Positions 1 through 14,840 of a stretch of DNA of 57,427 nt are shown here, in pieces (within the stretch, counting starts at the first letter, position 1; every line of letters begins with the position of its first letter). The position numbers and the translations under genes are program-made. The DNA is from Tubiluchus corallicola (taxonomy: Eukaryota; Animalia; Priapulida), in the NCBI GenBank assembly GCA_030141605.1, contig JAQGDQ010000853.1, positions 29,843-87,269 of the forward strand, in the 5' to 3' direction. A model generated the notes under the pieces. The model was not told the DNA's origin, did no database searches, and saw only the letters and a list, made by a program, of their open reading frames with translations.

Positions 1-27
1 CTGAAAATATATAATAGTGCAAATATA

Positions 28-886
28 TTATATTATGTTATGTTATGTTGTGTTGTGTTGTGTTGTGTTGTGTTGTGTTATGTTATGTTGTGTTGTGTTG
101 TGTTGTGTTGTGTTGTGTTGTGTTGTGTTGTGTTGTGTTGTGTTGTGTTGTGTTGTGCGTGCTGTGCGTGCTGTGCGTGTCGTGTCGTGTCGTACCGTAC
201 CGTACCATGTTATGTTATGTTATGTTATGTTATGTTATGTTATGTTATGTTATGTTATGTTATGTTGTGTTGTGTTGTGTTGTGTTGTGTTATGTTATGT
301 TATGTTATGTTATGTTATGTTATGTTATGTTATGTTATGTTGTGTTGTGTTCTGTTGTGTTGTGTTGTGCTGTGCTGTGCTGTGCTGTGTCGTGTCGTGT
401 CGTGTCGTACCGTACCGTACCGTACCGTACCGTACCATGTTATGTTATGTTCTGTTCTGTTCTGTTCTGTTCTGTTCTGTTCTGTTCTGTTCTGTTCTGT
501 TCTGTTCTGTTCTGTTCTGTTCTATTCTATTCTATTCTATTCTATTCTATTCTATTCTATTCTATTATATTATATTATATTATATTATATTATATTATAT
601 TATATTATATTATATCATATCATATCATATCATATCATATCATATCATATCATATCATATCATATCATATCATATCATATCATATCATATCATATCATAT
701 CATATCATATCATCATATATCATATCATATCATATCATATCATATCATATCATATCATATCATATCATATCATATCATATCATATCATATCATATCATAT
801 CATATCATATCATATATCATATCATATCATATCATATCATATCATATCATATCATATTATATTATATTATATAATATTATATTATA
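28..886. repeat. Compound pentanucleotide microsatellite
   Basis: Successive blocks of TGTTA, TGTTG, TGTGC, TCGTG, TACCG, TTCTG, TTCTA, TTATA and TCATA. Confidence 0.97.
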
Positions 887-1589
887 AATGAGAGAGAAAT
901 TGAAGAACCAGGTATCATTGAAAACGTTATTCGTTACGGAGTCGTGAAGCCATTTCAAAGCACAGAGAAGCCGTGTAAAAACTAGCAAGTCCCACGTGGA
1001 AGCTGCAGTTTTCTAACGCCATAGTCATTAGCAGCAGATTAACTCAATTAATGAGCAACAGTGCACTCATCTCGGCTAACGATTCATCGATCCATTCCGC
1101 CTCACCTTTTACAAGAACCAAATCAATAATGGCGTCCCATTCCTGTGAAATTCTTTATTACTGAATTATGAATTTATTCCACAGCAACACAAACATACAT
1201 ACAAGTTGATATAACACTGAAAAATAAATAAACTATGCGAGTTACTGTGAGGAGGAGGAAGGGGCATTGAGCTTTAGAGTCCTCCTCCAGATAAGTGAAA
1301 TAATTATAAGTATAAGTACAAGTTTATTTCTTTCCACTCTGCATCTAACAATAATAATAAAAATACAGATAATTTCACTGAAGTAAATATAAATGCAATA
1401 TTATCCAGAAATTACAAAAGAGATTCTTATGCAGCATATACATGTGCAAATTACATTACAGAATAATTTTGATGCATACAGTTTGAGCCTAAAAGCATAG
1501 CTTGACAGGCCAAACTGTACGTGGAAATCGTAAAGAAGTGATTAATAATTGAAATAATGAAATAATGATAATATATACATAAAAGTGGA

Positions 1590-1815
1590 GGGGGGAGTAG
1601 TGAATGAAAGATGAAATGGAGGGAAAACTAAGAAAAACTGTGATGTGGGGGGAGTAGTGAATGAAAGATGAAATGGAGGGAGAACTCAGATAAACTGTGA
1701 TGTGGGGGGAGTAGTGAATGAAAGATGAAATGGAGGGAGAACTAAGAAAAACTGTGATGTGGGGGGAGTAGTGAATGAAAGATGAAATGGAGGGAGAACT
1801 AAGAAAAACTGTGAT
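1590..1815. repeat. ~60-bp purine-rich minisatellite, ~4 copies
   Basis: gggggagtagtgaatgaaagatgaaatggagggagaactaagaaaaactgtgatgt repeated. Confidence 0.9.
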
Positions 1816-2133
1816 CATAATTATAAAGTGTTCAGTAACCTGTTGAGCATAGTCACGTTCTATTAAGATTACTGTGGAAAAAGAATGCAGGTGATTACCA
1901 TTATCAAACTGTGTTACTCTCAATACTTTTGAAATATTTCTTTTCTGACGGTTTTTTTTAAAATTGAAAGGGAGTGACTACATTTTGATTTGCCGCTTAG
2001 TCTATTCCATAGTACTGGTCCCATATAGCTAATTAAAATGACAATTAACATTACATTTTCATCAGTTATAACGTACATTAGAACAAAATAAATTTTGTTA
2101 GTAACTTAAGATCATGATGAGTAAAATTGTGAG

Positions 2134-2391
2134 TTAATTATACCGTTGTCGTAAGTAATTTTTTGATGCTTTTTTAAATTGATAAATATTAAGAGTTTTC
2201 ATTTCACGCGGAATTGATGACCATATTTTAATAGCATGATATTTTGATGACTGTTTCATTATATTTGTTTTTGGGAGAGGGAGTACATAGTTTCCGACTG
2301 AATATCTTGTGTAATGATCATGTTGATTTGAAACTGGACTAAAGTATGACTGAAAAGCTGGTGGAAGTAGTGAATTATTATACTGACACAT
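2134..2391 (-). mobile_element. CR1/L2-group LINE ORF2 C-terminal remnant
   Basis: LLPPAFQSYF...HDHYTR...LPLPKTN...KYHAIKIWSSIP...FKKASKNYL resembles the HxYxTR / WNxLP / FKxxLK tail of CR1/L2 ORF2. Confidence 0.7.
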
Positions 2392-3040
2392 GAAATGAAG
2401 ACAATACTTTACATTTCAACGTCGACGCTTTTGTGGTTTGAAAAAAAAACCGGTTTTCCCGGGTTGCTGCTTTCGTTCACAGCTGAAAGTTGAATTGTAC
2501 AGTAGCCGCCATTTTGTGCATCAATTATCGCACGTGTTATACGCGTGAACAAAGCCTCTTGTTCAGCTGCAAAACTGCCTTTAATTAAATTGAATCGCAG
2601 CCGCAAAAACTGACTGCTTGTAGCGACGTTTCAAAACAATCTCGAAAGAAGAAATATCTTTGCATTCTTGCACTGCTAAAGATTGATTAAAATATAATTA
2701 ATTAATTACTCAGATTAGCTGGCATAGATTAGAGTGTCAATAAGTCTTTTCACAGTTCCAGCGATTGATGATGATCGTCAAAAGGACTTTGAAAATTGTG
2801 GTCTGTTGGGAAATGAACCCTAGGCTCTACGAGTGAAACTTGTACAATGGACGAGTACATTTTAATTGTTGCCCTTTTAGTGCCCTATCAGCCTATTCTT
2901 AGTGTCCTATATGCCTATAGGGCACCAGTAGGCCCCACCATTTCAACAAAAACACGTACATAAGCTCTCATCTCCTGGAAGAGAGTCACAGATTAATCGT
3001 GGGTTGTGAGGGTAAATTTTTGACTTGGCTCTTTCCATTT

Positions 3041-3095
3041 CAGCTTGTAACTCATCAGTAAAGCGTGGAAGATCGAGGGTTCGAATCCACGCATG
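3041..3095 (+). mobile_element. Degenerate tRNA-derived SINE head
   Basis: A-box-like taactcatcagtaaagcg followed by B-box ggttcgaatcc; too short for an intact tRNA. Confidence 0.45.
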
Positions 3096-3649
3096 CTCAG
3101 AATTTTGCAGCAGGTCAAACGATCTAATATAAACTACATCTTTCAACATTTTTACTTATTTTGCCTAAAAAGTCATAAGTCATTTTTTTCACATTACACA
3201 TTTACAATAGTTACATATACAATATCTAGTGAAAGGGCCTACAATGAACGTAATACAAATAAGAAATACTGCACAGGAAAAGCCTCAAACACTGTTCACC
3301 TATATACGAAGGTAAATGTGTTGCGGGCAATCAAAAAGCAGGGCTTGTTAGATTGTCCCACACAGTGGAAGATAAAAAAAGTAATGGAAATAATTTGAAA
3401 ATTTAAAGTGAATCGTGATAAAAAAACATTAGTGCTTAAAATGGAATGATATAATGAATGCAGCTCATATATGGGATGATATAAAAGATAGAAAGACTAT
3501 TATTTGTTAATAGTATGTAAAATTAAAATAATTTGATTAAGCTAACACCACTGTTTTGCCACTACTGTGAGGATGGATACTGATAGAAGTTTTGATTACG
3601 ATCATGAATTATGATTTTGCCTCGATGTTTTGACTAATGATAGAACACA

Positions 3650-6600
3650 ATTCAATCTTCCCACTAATGATCAATCACGCACATACACTGCAAGTAGTCT
3701 TCGTAAAAGTCAGGTGTTTCTTGCTGTTAATGAGGTTTTTCTAGTCTGCTAGAATTCAACCTTGCCACTAATGATCAATCACGCACATACATTGCAAGTA
3801 GTCTTCGTAAAAAATCAGGTGTTTCTTGCTGTTAATGAGGCTTTTCTAGTCTGCTAGAATTCAAACCTCCCACTAATGATCAATCACGCGCATGCATTGC
3901 AAGTAGTCTTCCTAAAAAATCAGGTGTTTCTTGCTGTTAATGTGGCTTTTCTAGTCTGCTAGAATTCAATCTTCCCACTAATGATCAATCACGCACATAC
4001 ATTGCAAGTAGTCTTCGTAAAAAGTCAGGTGTTTATTGCTGTTAATGAGGTTTTTCTAGTCTGCTAGAATTCAACCTTGCCACTAATGATCAATCACGCA
4101 CATACATTGCAAGCAGTCTTCGTAAAAAATCAGGTGTTTCTTGCTGTTAATGAGGTCTTTCTAGTCTGCTAGAATTCAACCTTGCCACTAATGATCAATC
4201 ACGCACATACATTGCAAGCAGTCTTCGTAAAAAATCAGGTGTTTCTTGCTGTTAATGAGGTTTTTCTAGTCTGCTAGAATTCAACCTTGCCACTAATGAT
4301 CAATCACGCACATACACTGCAAGTAGTCTTCGTAAAAAATCAGGTGTTTCTTGCTGTTAATGAGGTTTTTCTAGTCTGCTAGAATTCAAACCTCCCACTA
4401 ATGATCAATCACGCACATACATTGCAAGCAGTCTTCGTAAAAAATCAGGTGTTTCTTGCTGTTAATGAGGCTTTTCTAGTCTGCTAGAATTCAACCTTGC
4501 CACTAATGATCAATCACGCACATACATTGCAAGCAGTCTTCGTAAAAAAATCAAGTGTTTCTTGCTGTTAATGAGGTTTTTCTAGTCTGCTAGAATTCAA
4601 CCTTGCCACTAATGATCAATCACGCACATACATTGCAAGTAGTCTTCGTAAAAAATCAGGTGTTTCTTGCTGTTAATGAGGCTTTTCTAGTCTGCTAGAA
4701 TTCAAACCTCCCACTAATGATCAATCACGCACATACATTGCAAGTAGTCTTCGTAAAAAATCAGGTGTTTTTTGCTGTTAATGAGGCTTTTCTAGTCTGC
4801 TAGAATTCAACCTTGCCACTAATGATCAATCACGCACATACATTGCAAGTAGTCTTCGTAAAAAATCAGGTGTTTCTTGCTGTTAATGAGGTTTTTCTAG
4901 TCTGCTAGAATTCAACCTTGCCACTAATGATCAATCACGCACATACATTGCAAGTAGTCTTCGTAAAAAATCAGGTGTTTCTTGCTGTTAATGAGGTTTT
5001 TCTATTCTGCTAGAATTCAACCTTGCCACTAATGATCAATCACGCACATACACTGCAAGTAGTCTTCGTAAAAAATCAGGTGTTTCTTGCTGTTAATGAG
5101 GTTTTTCTAGTCTGCTAGAATTCAACCTTGCCACTAATGATCAATCACGCACATACACTGCAAGTAGTCTTCGTAAAAAATCAGGTGTTTCTTGCTGTTA
5201 ATGAGGCTTTTCTAGTCTGCTAGAATTCAACCTTGCCACTAATGATCAATCACGCACATACACTGCAAGTAGTCTTCGTAAAAAATCAGGTGTTTCTTGC
5301 TGTTAATGAGGTTTTTCTAGTCTGCTAGAATTCAAACCTCCCACTAATGATCAATCACGCGCATGCACTGCAAGTAGTCTTCCTAAAAAATCAGGTGTTT
5401 CTTGCTGTTAATGTGGCTTTTCTAGTCTGCTAGAATTCAATCTTCCCACTAATGATCAATCACGCACATACATTGCAAGTAGTCTTCGTAAAAAATCAGG
5501 TGTTTATTGCTGTTAATGAGGTTTTTCTAGTCTGCTAGAATTCAAACCTCCCACTAATGATCAATCACGCACATACATTGCAAGCAGTCTTCGTAAAAAA
5601 TCAGGTGTTTCTTGCTGTTAATGAGGCTTTTCTAGTCTGCTAGAATTCAACCTTGCCACTAATGATCAATCACGCACATACATTGCAAGCAGTCTTCGTA
5701 AAAAATCAGGTGTTTCTTGCTGTTAATGAGGTTTTTCTAGTCTGCTAGAATTCAACCTTGCCACTAATGATCAATCACGCACATACATTGCAAGTAGTCT
5801 TCCTAAAAAATCAGGTGTTTCTTGCTGTTAATGAGGCTTTTCTAGTCTGCTAGAATTCAAACCTCCCACTAATGATCAATCACGCACATACATTGCAAGT
5901 AGTCTTCGTAAAAAGTCAGGTGTTTCTTGCTGTTAATGAGGCTTTTCTAGTCTGCTAGAATTCAACCTTGCCACTAATGATCAATCACGCACATACACTG
6001 CAAGTAGTCTTCGTAAAAAATCAGGTGTTTCTTGCTGTTAATGAGGTTTTTCTAGTCTGCTAGAATTCAACCTTGCCACTAATGATCAATCACGCACATA
6101 CATTGCAAGTAGTCTTCGTAAAAAATCAGGTGTTTCTTGCTGTTAATGAGGTTTTTCTAGTCTGCTAGAATTCAACCTTGCCACTAATGATCAATCACGC
6201 ACATACACTGCAAGTAGTCTTCGTAAAAAATCAGGTGTTTCTTGCTGTTAATGAGGTTTTTCTAGTCTGCTAGAATTCAACCTTGCCACTAATGATCAAT
6301 CACGCACATACACTGCAAGTAGTCTTCGTAAAAAATCAGGTGTTTCTTGCTGTTAATGAGGTTTTTCTAGTCTGCTAGAATTCAAACCTCCCACTAATGA
6401 TCAATCACGCGCATGCACTGCAAGTAGTCTTCCTAAAAAATCAGGTGTTTCTTGCTGTTAATGAGGTTTTTCTAGTCTGCTAGAATTCAAACCTCCCACT
6501 AATGATCAATCACGCGCATGCACTGCAAGTAGTCTTCCTAAAAAATCAGGTGTTTCTTGCTGTTAATGAGGTTTTTCTAGTCTGCTAGAATTCAACCTTG

Positions 6601-9600
6601 CCACTAATGATCAATCACGCGCATGCACTGCAAGTAGTCTTCCTAAAAAATCAGGTGTTTCTTGCTGTTAATGAGGCTTTTCTAGTCAGCTAGAATTCAA
6701 CCTTGCCACTAATGATCAATCACGCACATACATTGCAAGTAGTCTTCGTAAAAAGTCAGGTGTTTCTTGCTGTTAATGAGGCTTTTCTAGTCTGCTAGAA
6801 TTCAACCTTGCCACTAATGATCAATCACGCACATACACTGCAAGTAGTCTTCGTAAAAAATCAGGTGTTTCTTGCTGTTAATGTGGCTTTTCTAGTCTGC
6901 TAGAATTCAATCTTCCCACTAATGATCAATCACGCACATACATTGCAAGTAGTCTTCGCAAAAAGTCAGGTGTTTCTTGCTGTTAATGAGGTTTTTCTAG
7001 TCTGCTAGAATTCAACCTTGCCACTAATGATCAATCACGCACATACATTGCAAGTAGTCTTCGTAAAAAATCAGGTGTTTCTTGCTGTTAATGAGGTTTT
7101 TCTAGTCTGCTAGAATTCAACCTTGCCACTAATGATCAATCACGCACATACATTGCAAGTAGTCTTCGTAAAAAATCAGGTGTTTCTTGCTGTTAATGAG
7201 GTTTTTCTAGTCTGCTAGAATTCAACCTTGCCACTAATGATCAATCACGCACATACATTGCAAGTAGTCTTCGTAAAAAATCAGGTGTTTCTTGCTGTTA
7301 ATGAGGTTTTTCTAGTCTGCTAGAATTCAACCTTGCCACTAATGATCAATCACGCACATACACTGCAAGTAGTCTTCGTAAAAAATCAGGTGTTTCTTGC
7401 TGTTAATGAGGCTTTTCTAGTCTGCTAGAATTCAACCTTGCCACTAATGATCAATCACGCACATACACTGCAAGTAGTCTTCGTAAAAAATCAGGTGTTT
7501 CTTGCTGTTAATGAGGTTTTTCTAGTCTGCTAGAATTCAAACCTCCCACTAATGATCAATCACGCACATACATTGCAAGTAGTCTTCGTAAAAAATCAGG
7601 TGTTTCTTGCTGTTAATGAGGTTTTTCTAGTCTGCTAGAATTCAACCTTGCCACTAATGATCAATCACGCACATACATTGCAAGTAGTCTTCGTAAAAAA
7701 TCAGGTGTTTCTTGCTGTTAATGAGGCTTTTCTAGTCTGCTAGAATTCAACCTTGCCACTAATGATCAATCACGCACATACATTGCAAGTAGTCTTCGTA
7801 AAAAATCAGGTGTTTCTTGCTGTTAATGAGGTTTTTCTAGTCTGCTAGAATTCAACCTTGCCACTAATGATCAATCACGCACATACATTGCAAGTAGTCT
7901 TCGTAAAAAATCAGGTGTTTCTTGCTGTTAATGAGGTTTTTCTAGTATGCTAGAATTCAACCTTGCCACTAATGATCAATCACGCACATACATTGCAAGT
8001 AGTCTTCGTAAAAAGTCAGGTGTTTATTGCTGTTAATGAGGTTTTTCTAGTCTGCTAGAATTCAACCTTGCCACTAATGATCAATCACGCACATACACTG
8101 CAAGTAGTCTTCGTAAAAAATCAGGTGTTTCTTGCTGTTAATGAGGTTTTTCTAGTCTGCTAGAATTCAACCTCCCACTAATGATCAATCACGCACATAC
8201 ACTGCAAGTAGTCTTCGTAAAAAATCAGGTGTTTCTTGCTGTTAATGAGGCTTTTCTAGTCTGCTAGAATTCAACCTTGCCACTAATGATCAATCACGCA
8301 CATACATTGCAAGTAGTCTTCGTAAAAAATCAGGTGTTTCTTGCTGTTAATGAGGTTTTTCTAGTATGCTAGAATTCAACCTCCCACTAATGATCAATCA
8401 CGCACATACACTGCAAGTAGTCTTCTTAAAAAGTCAGGTGTTTCTTGCTGTTAATGAGGTCTTTCTAGTCTGCTAGAATTCAACCTTGCCACTAATGATC
8501 AATCACGCAACCTTCCACTAATGATCAATCACGCACATACATGCAAGTAGTCTTCGTAAAAATCGGTGTTTCTTGCTGTTAATGAGTTTCTAGTCTGCTA
8601 GAATTCAACCTTGCCACTAATGATCAATCACGCACATACACTGCAAGTAGTCTTCGTAAAAAATCAGGTGTTTCTTCCTGTTAATGAGGTTTTTCTAGTC
8701 TGCTATAATTCAACCTTGCCACTAATGATCAATCACGCACATACACTGCAAGTAGTCTTCGTAAAAAATCAGGTGTTTCTTGCTGTTAATGAGGTTTTTC
8801 TAGTCTGCTAGAATTCAACTTCCCACTAATGATCAATCACGCACATACTGCAAGTAGTCTTCGTAAAAAATCAGGTGTTTCTTGCTGTTAATGAGGTTTT
8901 TCTAGTCTGCTAGAATTCAAACCTCCCACTAATGATCAATCACGCGCATGCACTGCAAGTAGTCTTCCTAAAAAATCAGGTGTTTCTTGCTGTTAATGTG
9001 GCTTTTCTAGTCTGCTAGAATTCAATCTTCCCACTAATGATCAATCACGCACATACATTGCAAGTAGTCTTCGTAAAAAATCAGGTGTTTATTGCTGTTA
9101 ATGAGGTTTTTCTAGTCTGCTAGAATTCAAACCTCCCACTAATGATCAATCACGCACATACATTGCAAGCAGTCTTCGTAAAAAATCAGGTGTTTCTTGC
9201 TGTTAATGAGGCTTTTCTAGTCTGCTAGAATTCAACCTTGCCACTAATGATCAATCACGCACATACATTGCAAGCAGTCTTCGTAAAAAAATCAGGTGTT
9301 TCTTGCTGTTAATGAGGTTTTTCTAGTCTGCTAGAATCCAACCTTGCCACTAATGATCAATCACGCACATACATTGCAAGTAGTCTTCGTAAAAAATCAG
9401 GTGTTTCTTGCTGTTAATGAGGTTTTTCTAGTCTGCTAGAATTCAACCTTGCCACTAATGATCAATCACGCACATACATTGCAAGTAGTCTTCGCAAAAA
9501 GTCAGGTGTTTCTTGCTGTTAATGAGGTTTTTCTAGTCTGCTAGAATTCAACCTTGCCACTAATGATCAATCACGCACATACACTGCAAGTAGTCTTCGT

Positions 9601-10906
9601 AAAAAATCAGGTGTTTCTTGCTGTTAATGAGGTTTTTCTAGTCTGCTAGAATTCAACCTTGCCACTAATGATCAATCACGCACATACACTGCAAGTAGTC
9701 TTCGTAAAAAATCAGGTGTTTCTTGCTGTTAATGAGGCTTTTCTAGTCTGCTAGAATTCAAACCTCCCACTAATGATCAATCACGCGCATGCACTGCAAG
9801 TAGTCTTCGCAAAAAATCAGGTGTTTTTTGCTGTTAATGAGGTTTTTCTAGTCTGCTAGAATTCAAACCTCCCACTAATGATCAATCACGCGCATACACT
9901 GCAAGTAGTCTTCGTAAAAAATCAGGTGTTTCTTGCTGTTAATGTGGCTTTTCTAGTCTGCTAGAATTCAATCTTCCCACTAATGATCAATCACGCACAT
10001 ACACTGCAAGTAGTCTTCGTAAAAAATCAGGTGTTTCTTGCTGTTAATGAGGCTTTTCTAGTCTGCTAGAATTCAACCTTGCCACTAATGATCAATCACG
10101 CACATACATTGCAAGTAGTCTTCGTAAAAAATCAGGTGTTTCTTGCTGTTAATGAGGTTTTTCTAGTCTGCTAGAATTCAACCTTGCCACTAATGATCAA
10201 TCACGCACATACACTGCAAGTAGTCTTCGTAAAAAATCAGGTGTTTCTTGCTGTTAATGAGGTTTTTCTAGTATGCTAGAATTCAACCTCCCACTAATGA
10301 TCAATCACGCACATACACTGCAAGTAGTCTTCGTAAAAAGTCAGGTGTTTCTTGCTGTTAATGAGGTCTTTCTAGTCTGCTAGAATTCAACCTTGCCACT
10401 AATGATCAATCACGCACATACACTGCAAGTAGTCTTCGTAAAAAGTCAGGTGTTTCTTGCTGTTAATGAGGTCTTTCTAGTCTGCTAGAATTCAACCTTG
10501 CCACTAATGATCAATCACGCACATACACTGCAAGTAGTCTTCGTAAAAATCAGGTGTTTCTTGCTGTTAATGAGGTTTTTCTAGTCTGCTAGAATTCAAC
10601 CTTGCCACTAATGATCAATCACGCGCATGCACTGCAAGTAGTCTTCCTAAAAAATCAGGTGTTTCTTGCTGTTAATGAGGTTTTTCTAGTATGCTAGAAT
10701 TCAACCTTGCCACTAATGATCAATCACGCACATACACTGCAAGTAGTCTTCGCAAAAAATCAGGTGTTTCTTGCTGTTAATGAGGCTTTTCTAGTCTGCT
10801 AGAATTCAAACCTCCCACTAATGATCAATCACGCACATACATTGCAAGTAGTCTTCGTAAAAAGTCAGGTGTTTCTTGCTGTTAATGAGGTTTTTCTAGT
10901 CTGCTA
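3650..10906. repeat. 105-bp satellite, ~69 copies
   Basis: Unit gaattcaaccttgccactaatgatcaatcacgcacatacattgcaagtagtcttcgtaaaaaatcaggtgtttcttgctgttaatgaggtttttctagtctgcta; period 105 (tagaattc at 4801 and 4906). Confidence 0.98.
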
Positions 10907-11232
10907 CGGCAGCAGCAGAGGACATTAAATGAAACCACTCAGGTGTTAAAAGGTGCAAAATAAGAGCAGGTGAAGCTCGTGAGAAAGAGATTGGATTTCT
11001 ACATCACCAGGAAGCCATTCACATTATACCTAAGCACCTGTGGGTCCCTGGGCTTCTCTCATTGTTACTACATCCTAAGCCACTATCTGATGTTTACTGA
11101 AAGAAATTAAGGAAATTAGTATTCGCATGAAGTCTAGCACAACCTGCTGTGTAATTTATTACAGTCGTTCAATGGGAGCAAGAAGAAGCCATTTAATATT
11201 ATTGCACGGCCTTCTATTAATGAGTTGTTGCT

Positions 11233-11345
11233 GGTTAGTTAGTCAGCTTAGTTGGTTGGTTGGTTGGTTGGTTAGTTGGTTAGTTGGTTGGTTGGTTGGT
11301 TGGTTAGTTGGTTAGTTAGTTGGTTGGTTAGTCAGTCAGTCAGTC

Positions 11346-11392
<47 letters not shown>

Positions 11393-11457
11393 CAGTCAGT
11401 CAGTCAGTCAGTCAGTCAGTCAGTCAGTCAGTCAGTCAGTCAGTCAGTCAGTCAGTT
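11233..11457. repeat. Compound tetranucleotide microsatellite (GTTG/GTTA/GTCA)
   Basis: Read directly; resumes at 12109 after an insertion. Confidence 0.95.
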
Positions 11458-12108
11458 TGTCAGTACTCCTCATTTGTTATAAGCTGTCATGGTACGGACG
11501 AGTATGACAAAATTATGAACGCAGAGTTATGGCCAGTTGGCACGCTGATGAAGCCATTCTATACTTCTAGAGCTGCAAAACTGACTGTGAATCAGCCTTT
11601 AACGCAGAAAGCAAAGGCATCAAACGACGGCTATAGACCAATAGGAAATAGAGAAGCAGGGAATGATACACTTAATCAGCAAACGGAATGTGGCGGCGCC
11701 ACCAGCAGCACCACTAATCATACTGATAATAATGAACTGCAACCAAACACAAATACAGACTCTGAAGGTAGCGAGCTATAACTGCAATTCAGTGTTGCAC
11801 CCTGAGTCTCAATACGTACTACAGGAACTGTGCAAATCTAGTGATGTGCTACTTTTGCAAGAAACGATGTTGCCTAAACAAGAACTAGAACACCTATCTT
11901 GCATTCACGTGACAACTCAGGCTGGACGCATGATATTGTATATATATACAGTACATAGATAGATTGTACTGTTATTTTATTTATTTATGTATTAATTTGC
12001 ATGTGTTGAGAGGAGGTGTTATAAGTATTGTATGTCTTGTAATTATTGTTTGTTATGTGTTCTATGAACCTCCTGGTTCGAAATAAAGAGTTAAATCAAA
12101 AAATCAAA
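11458..12108 (+). mobile_element. Internally deleted non-LTR retrotransposon (ORF1 end + ORF2 endonuclease start + 3' tail)
   Basis: YSSFVISC...ELWPVGTLMKPF (ORF1-type WPxG motif), then LKVASYNCNS...DVLLLQETML (APE N-terminus), then AATAAA and an (aaatc)n tail; flanked by tcagtcagtt on both sides. Confidence 0.65.
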
Positions 12109-12540
12109 TCAGTCAGTTAGTTAGTTTAGTCACGTAGGCCATGCTGTTGACCACAGTGTCTATAAGTCTTTTCATCAATAAGTCATGTCAATAAGTTCCA
12201 GCGATTGATGATGATCGTGAAAAAGTCAAAGGTTAAGTGTGCTAGACAACTCATTTGTGTACACTTGACAACGACTCGCAGCCCAAGCTGTTGTAATAGT
12301 AACAGTTTAAACAGCTAGCTAGAACCTTACCTAGTTCATTTTCTCTTGTTCCCAAGCAAAATCCTGCTAGTAAATCACTCTATGCACAAACTGATGCATA
12401 ATTAAGTAAAATCCATGCAAAACAACTGAAGATACTGAACTTATGCGGCGGACGGCTTTGTATTACACACATGTTACGTGACGGATATAGTTAAGACGAC
12501 CTGCAGCAACTGCGCATGCGCACAAAAAGTGTGAAATGGC

Positions 12541-13118
12541 CTTAACCTTAAGCCTAAGCCTAACATTACCGTTATCCCAAACCCTAACCCCTAAGCTTAA
12601 CCTTAACTGTAAGCCTAACCCTAAACCTAACCCTAAGCCCAATTCTAACTTGAACCTAACCCTAACCTTAACCCTAACCCTAATCCCTAAGCTTAACCTT
12701 AAGTCTAACCCTAACCCCAATTCTAACCTGAACCTAACCTTAACCCTAACCCTAATCCCTAAGCTTAACCTTAAGTCTAACCCTAACCCCTAAGCTTAAC
12801 CTTAAGTCTAATCCTAACCCCTAAGCTTAACCTTAAGTCTAATCCTAACCCCAAGTCTAACCTGAACCTAACCCTAACCCTAATCCTAACCCTAATCCCT
12901 AAGCTTAACCTTAAGTCTAACCCTAACCCCTAAGCTTAACCTTAAGTCTAATCCTAACCCCTAAGCTTAACCTTAAGTCTAACCCTAACCCCAATTCTAA
13001 CCTGAACCTAACCCTAATCCTAATCCTAACCCTAACCGTAATCCTAACCCTAATCCTAACCCTAACCCTAACCCTAATCCTAACCCTAATCGTAATCCTA
13101 ATCCTAATCGTAATCCGT
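12541..13118. repeat. Degenerate interstitial telomere-like (CCCTAA)n array
   Basis: ctaaccctaacc hexamers mixed with ctaagcttaaccttaagt variants. Confidence 0.9.
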
Positions 13119-13771
13119 TTCACTAATTTCTTGTGGGGTATTGTAAACTTTAGCCAATTTCTCCCCAGTAGAAGTCCAGAGCTCGAGTAAAATTAGGAAA
13201 ATTATTGTAAGATGTGATATCTATGCACCCAGCAGTCTGCAGATTACTTGAAATATCACCAGTGCAATAATAAAGTGACCAATATGGTCAGTTTATGCTT
13301 GCAGAACCTTGACCCGTGTCCATATTGAATGCACAAAGACTGACTCTTATGTAAATACGTCCCTAGAAGCCATTCAGATTGTTTCCGCTTTGCAGCACAC
13401 AGTCTACAGAAGCCATGCTGTAGTTGTTTCTTGGTTCGTATGAACAACATTCTTAATTGCTTTCGTGTTGCCCGTAGGTGCAAATGAAGCCAATTTTGTC
13501 TGAAGCCACTTTTCTCTGATTGACGATAAGGGTAAGTTTAAGTCTTATGTGCAGAGAAATGCAATTTGATGTCACTAATTGTAACAGATTCAGTGTTTTA
13601 CACACGACCTGATTCATAATTTAACATAATAAATACGAATTGCTTAGATTTAGTTATTTATTAAATTTGGTTTATTTTCAATAAAAGGTAATGCAAAACC
13701 CTCCATTTACAGGGTAAAAGTGCACCTTACATATAAAAATACACTACATATTAAAACTCAATATACGTGTA

Positions 13772-14840
<1,069 letters not shown>

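Noticed and set aside
17-891. Long ORFs (280-285 aa) in three frames
   Set aside because: Translations of pentamer microsatellites
1107-1143. Possible minus-strand micro-exon (cag|EWDAIIDLVLVK|gtgagg)
   Set aside because: Too short to assign, no partner exons found, adjacent to a probable LINE tail
2741-2785. Short match to 12163-12225 (taagtcttttca..gttccagcgattgatgatgatcgt)
   Set aside because: About 40 bp of a probable old dispersed repeat; no evidence it delimits an element
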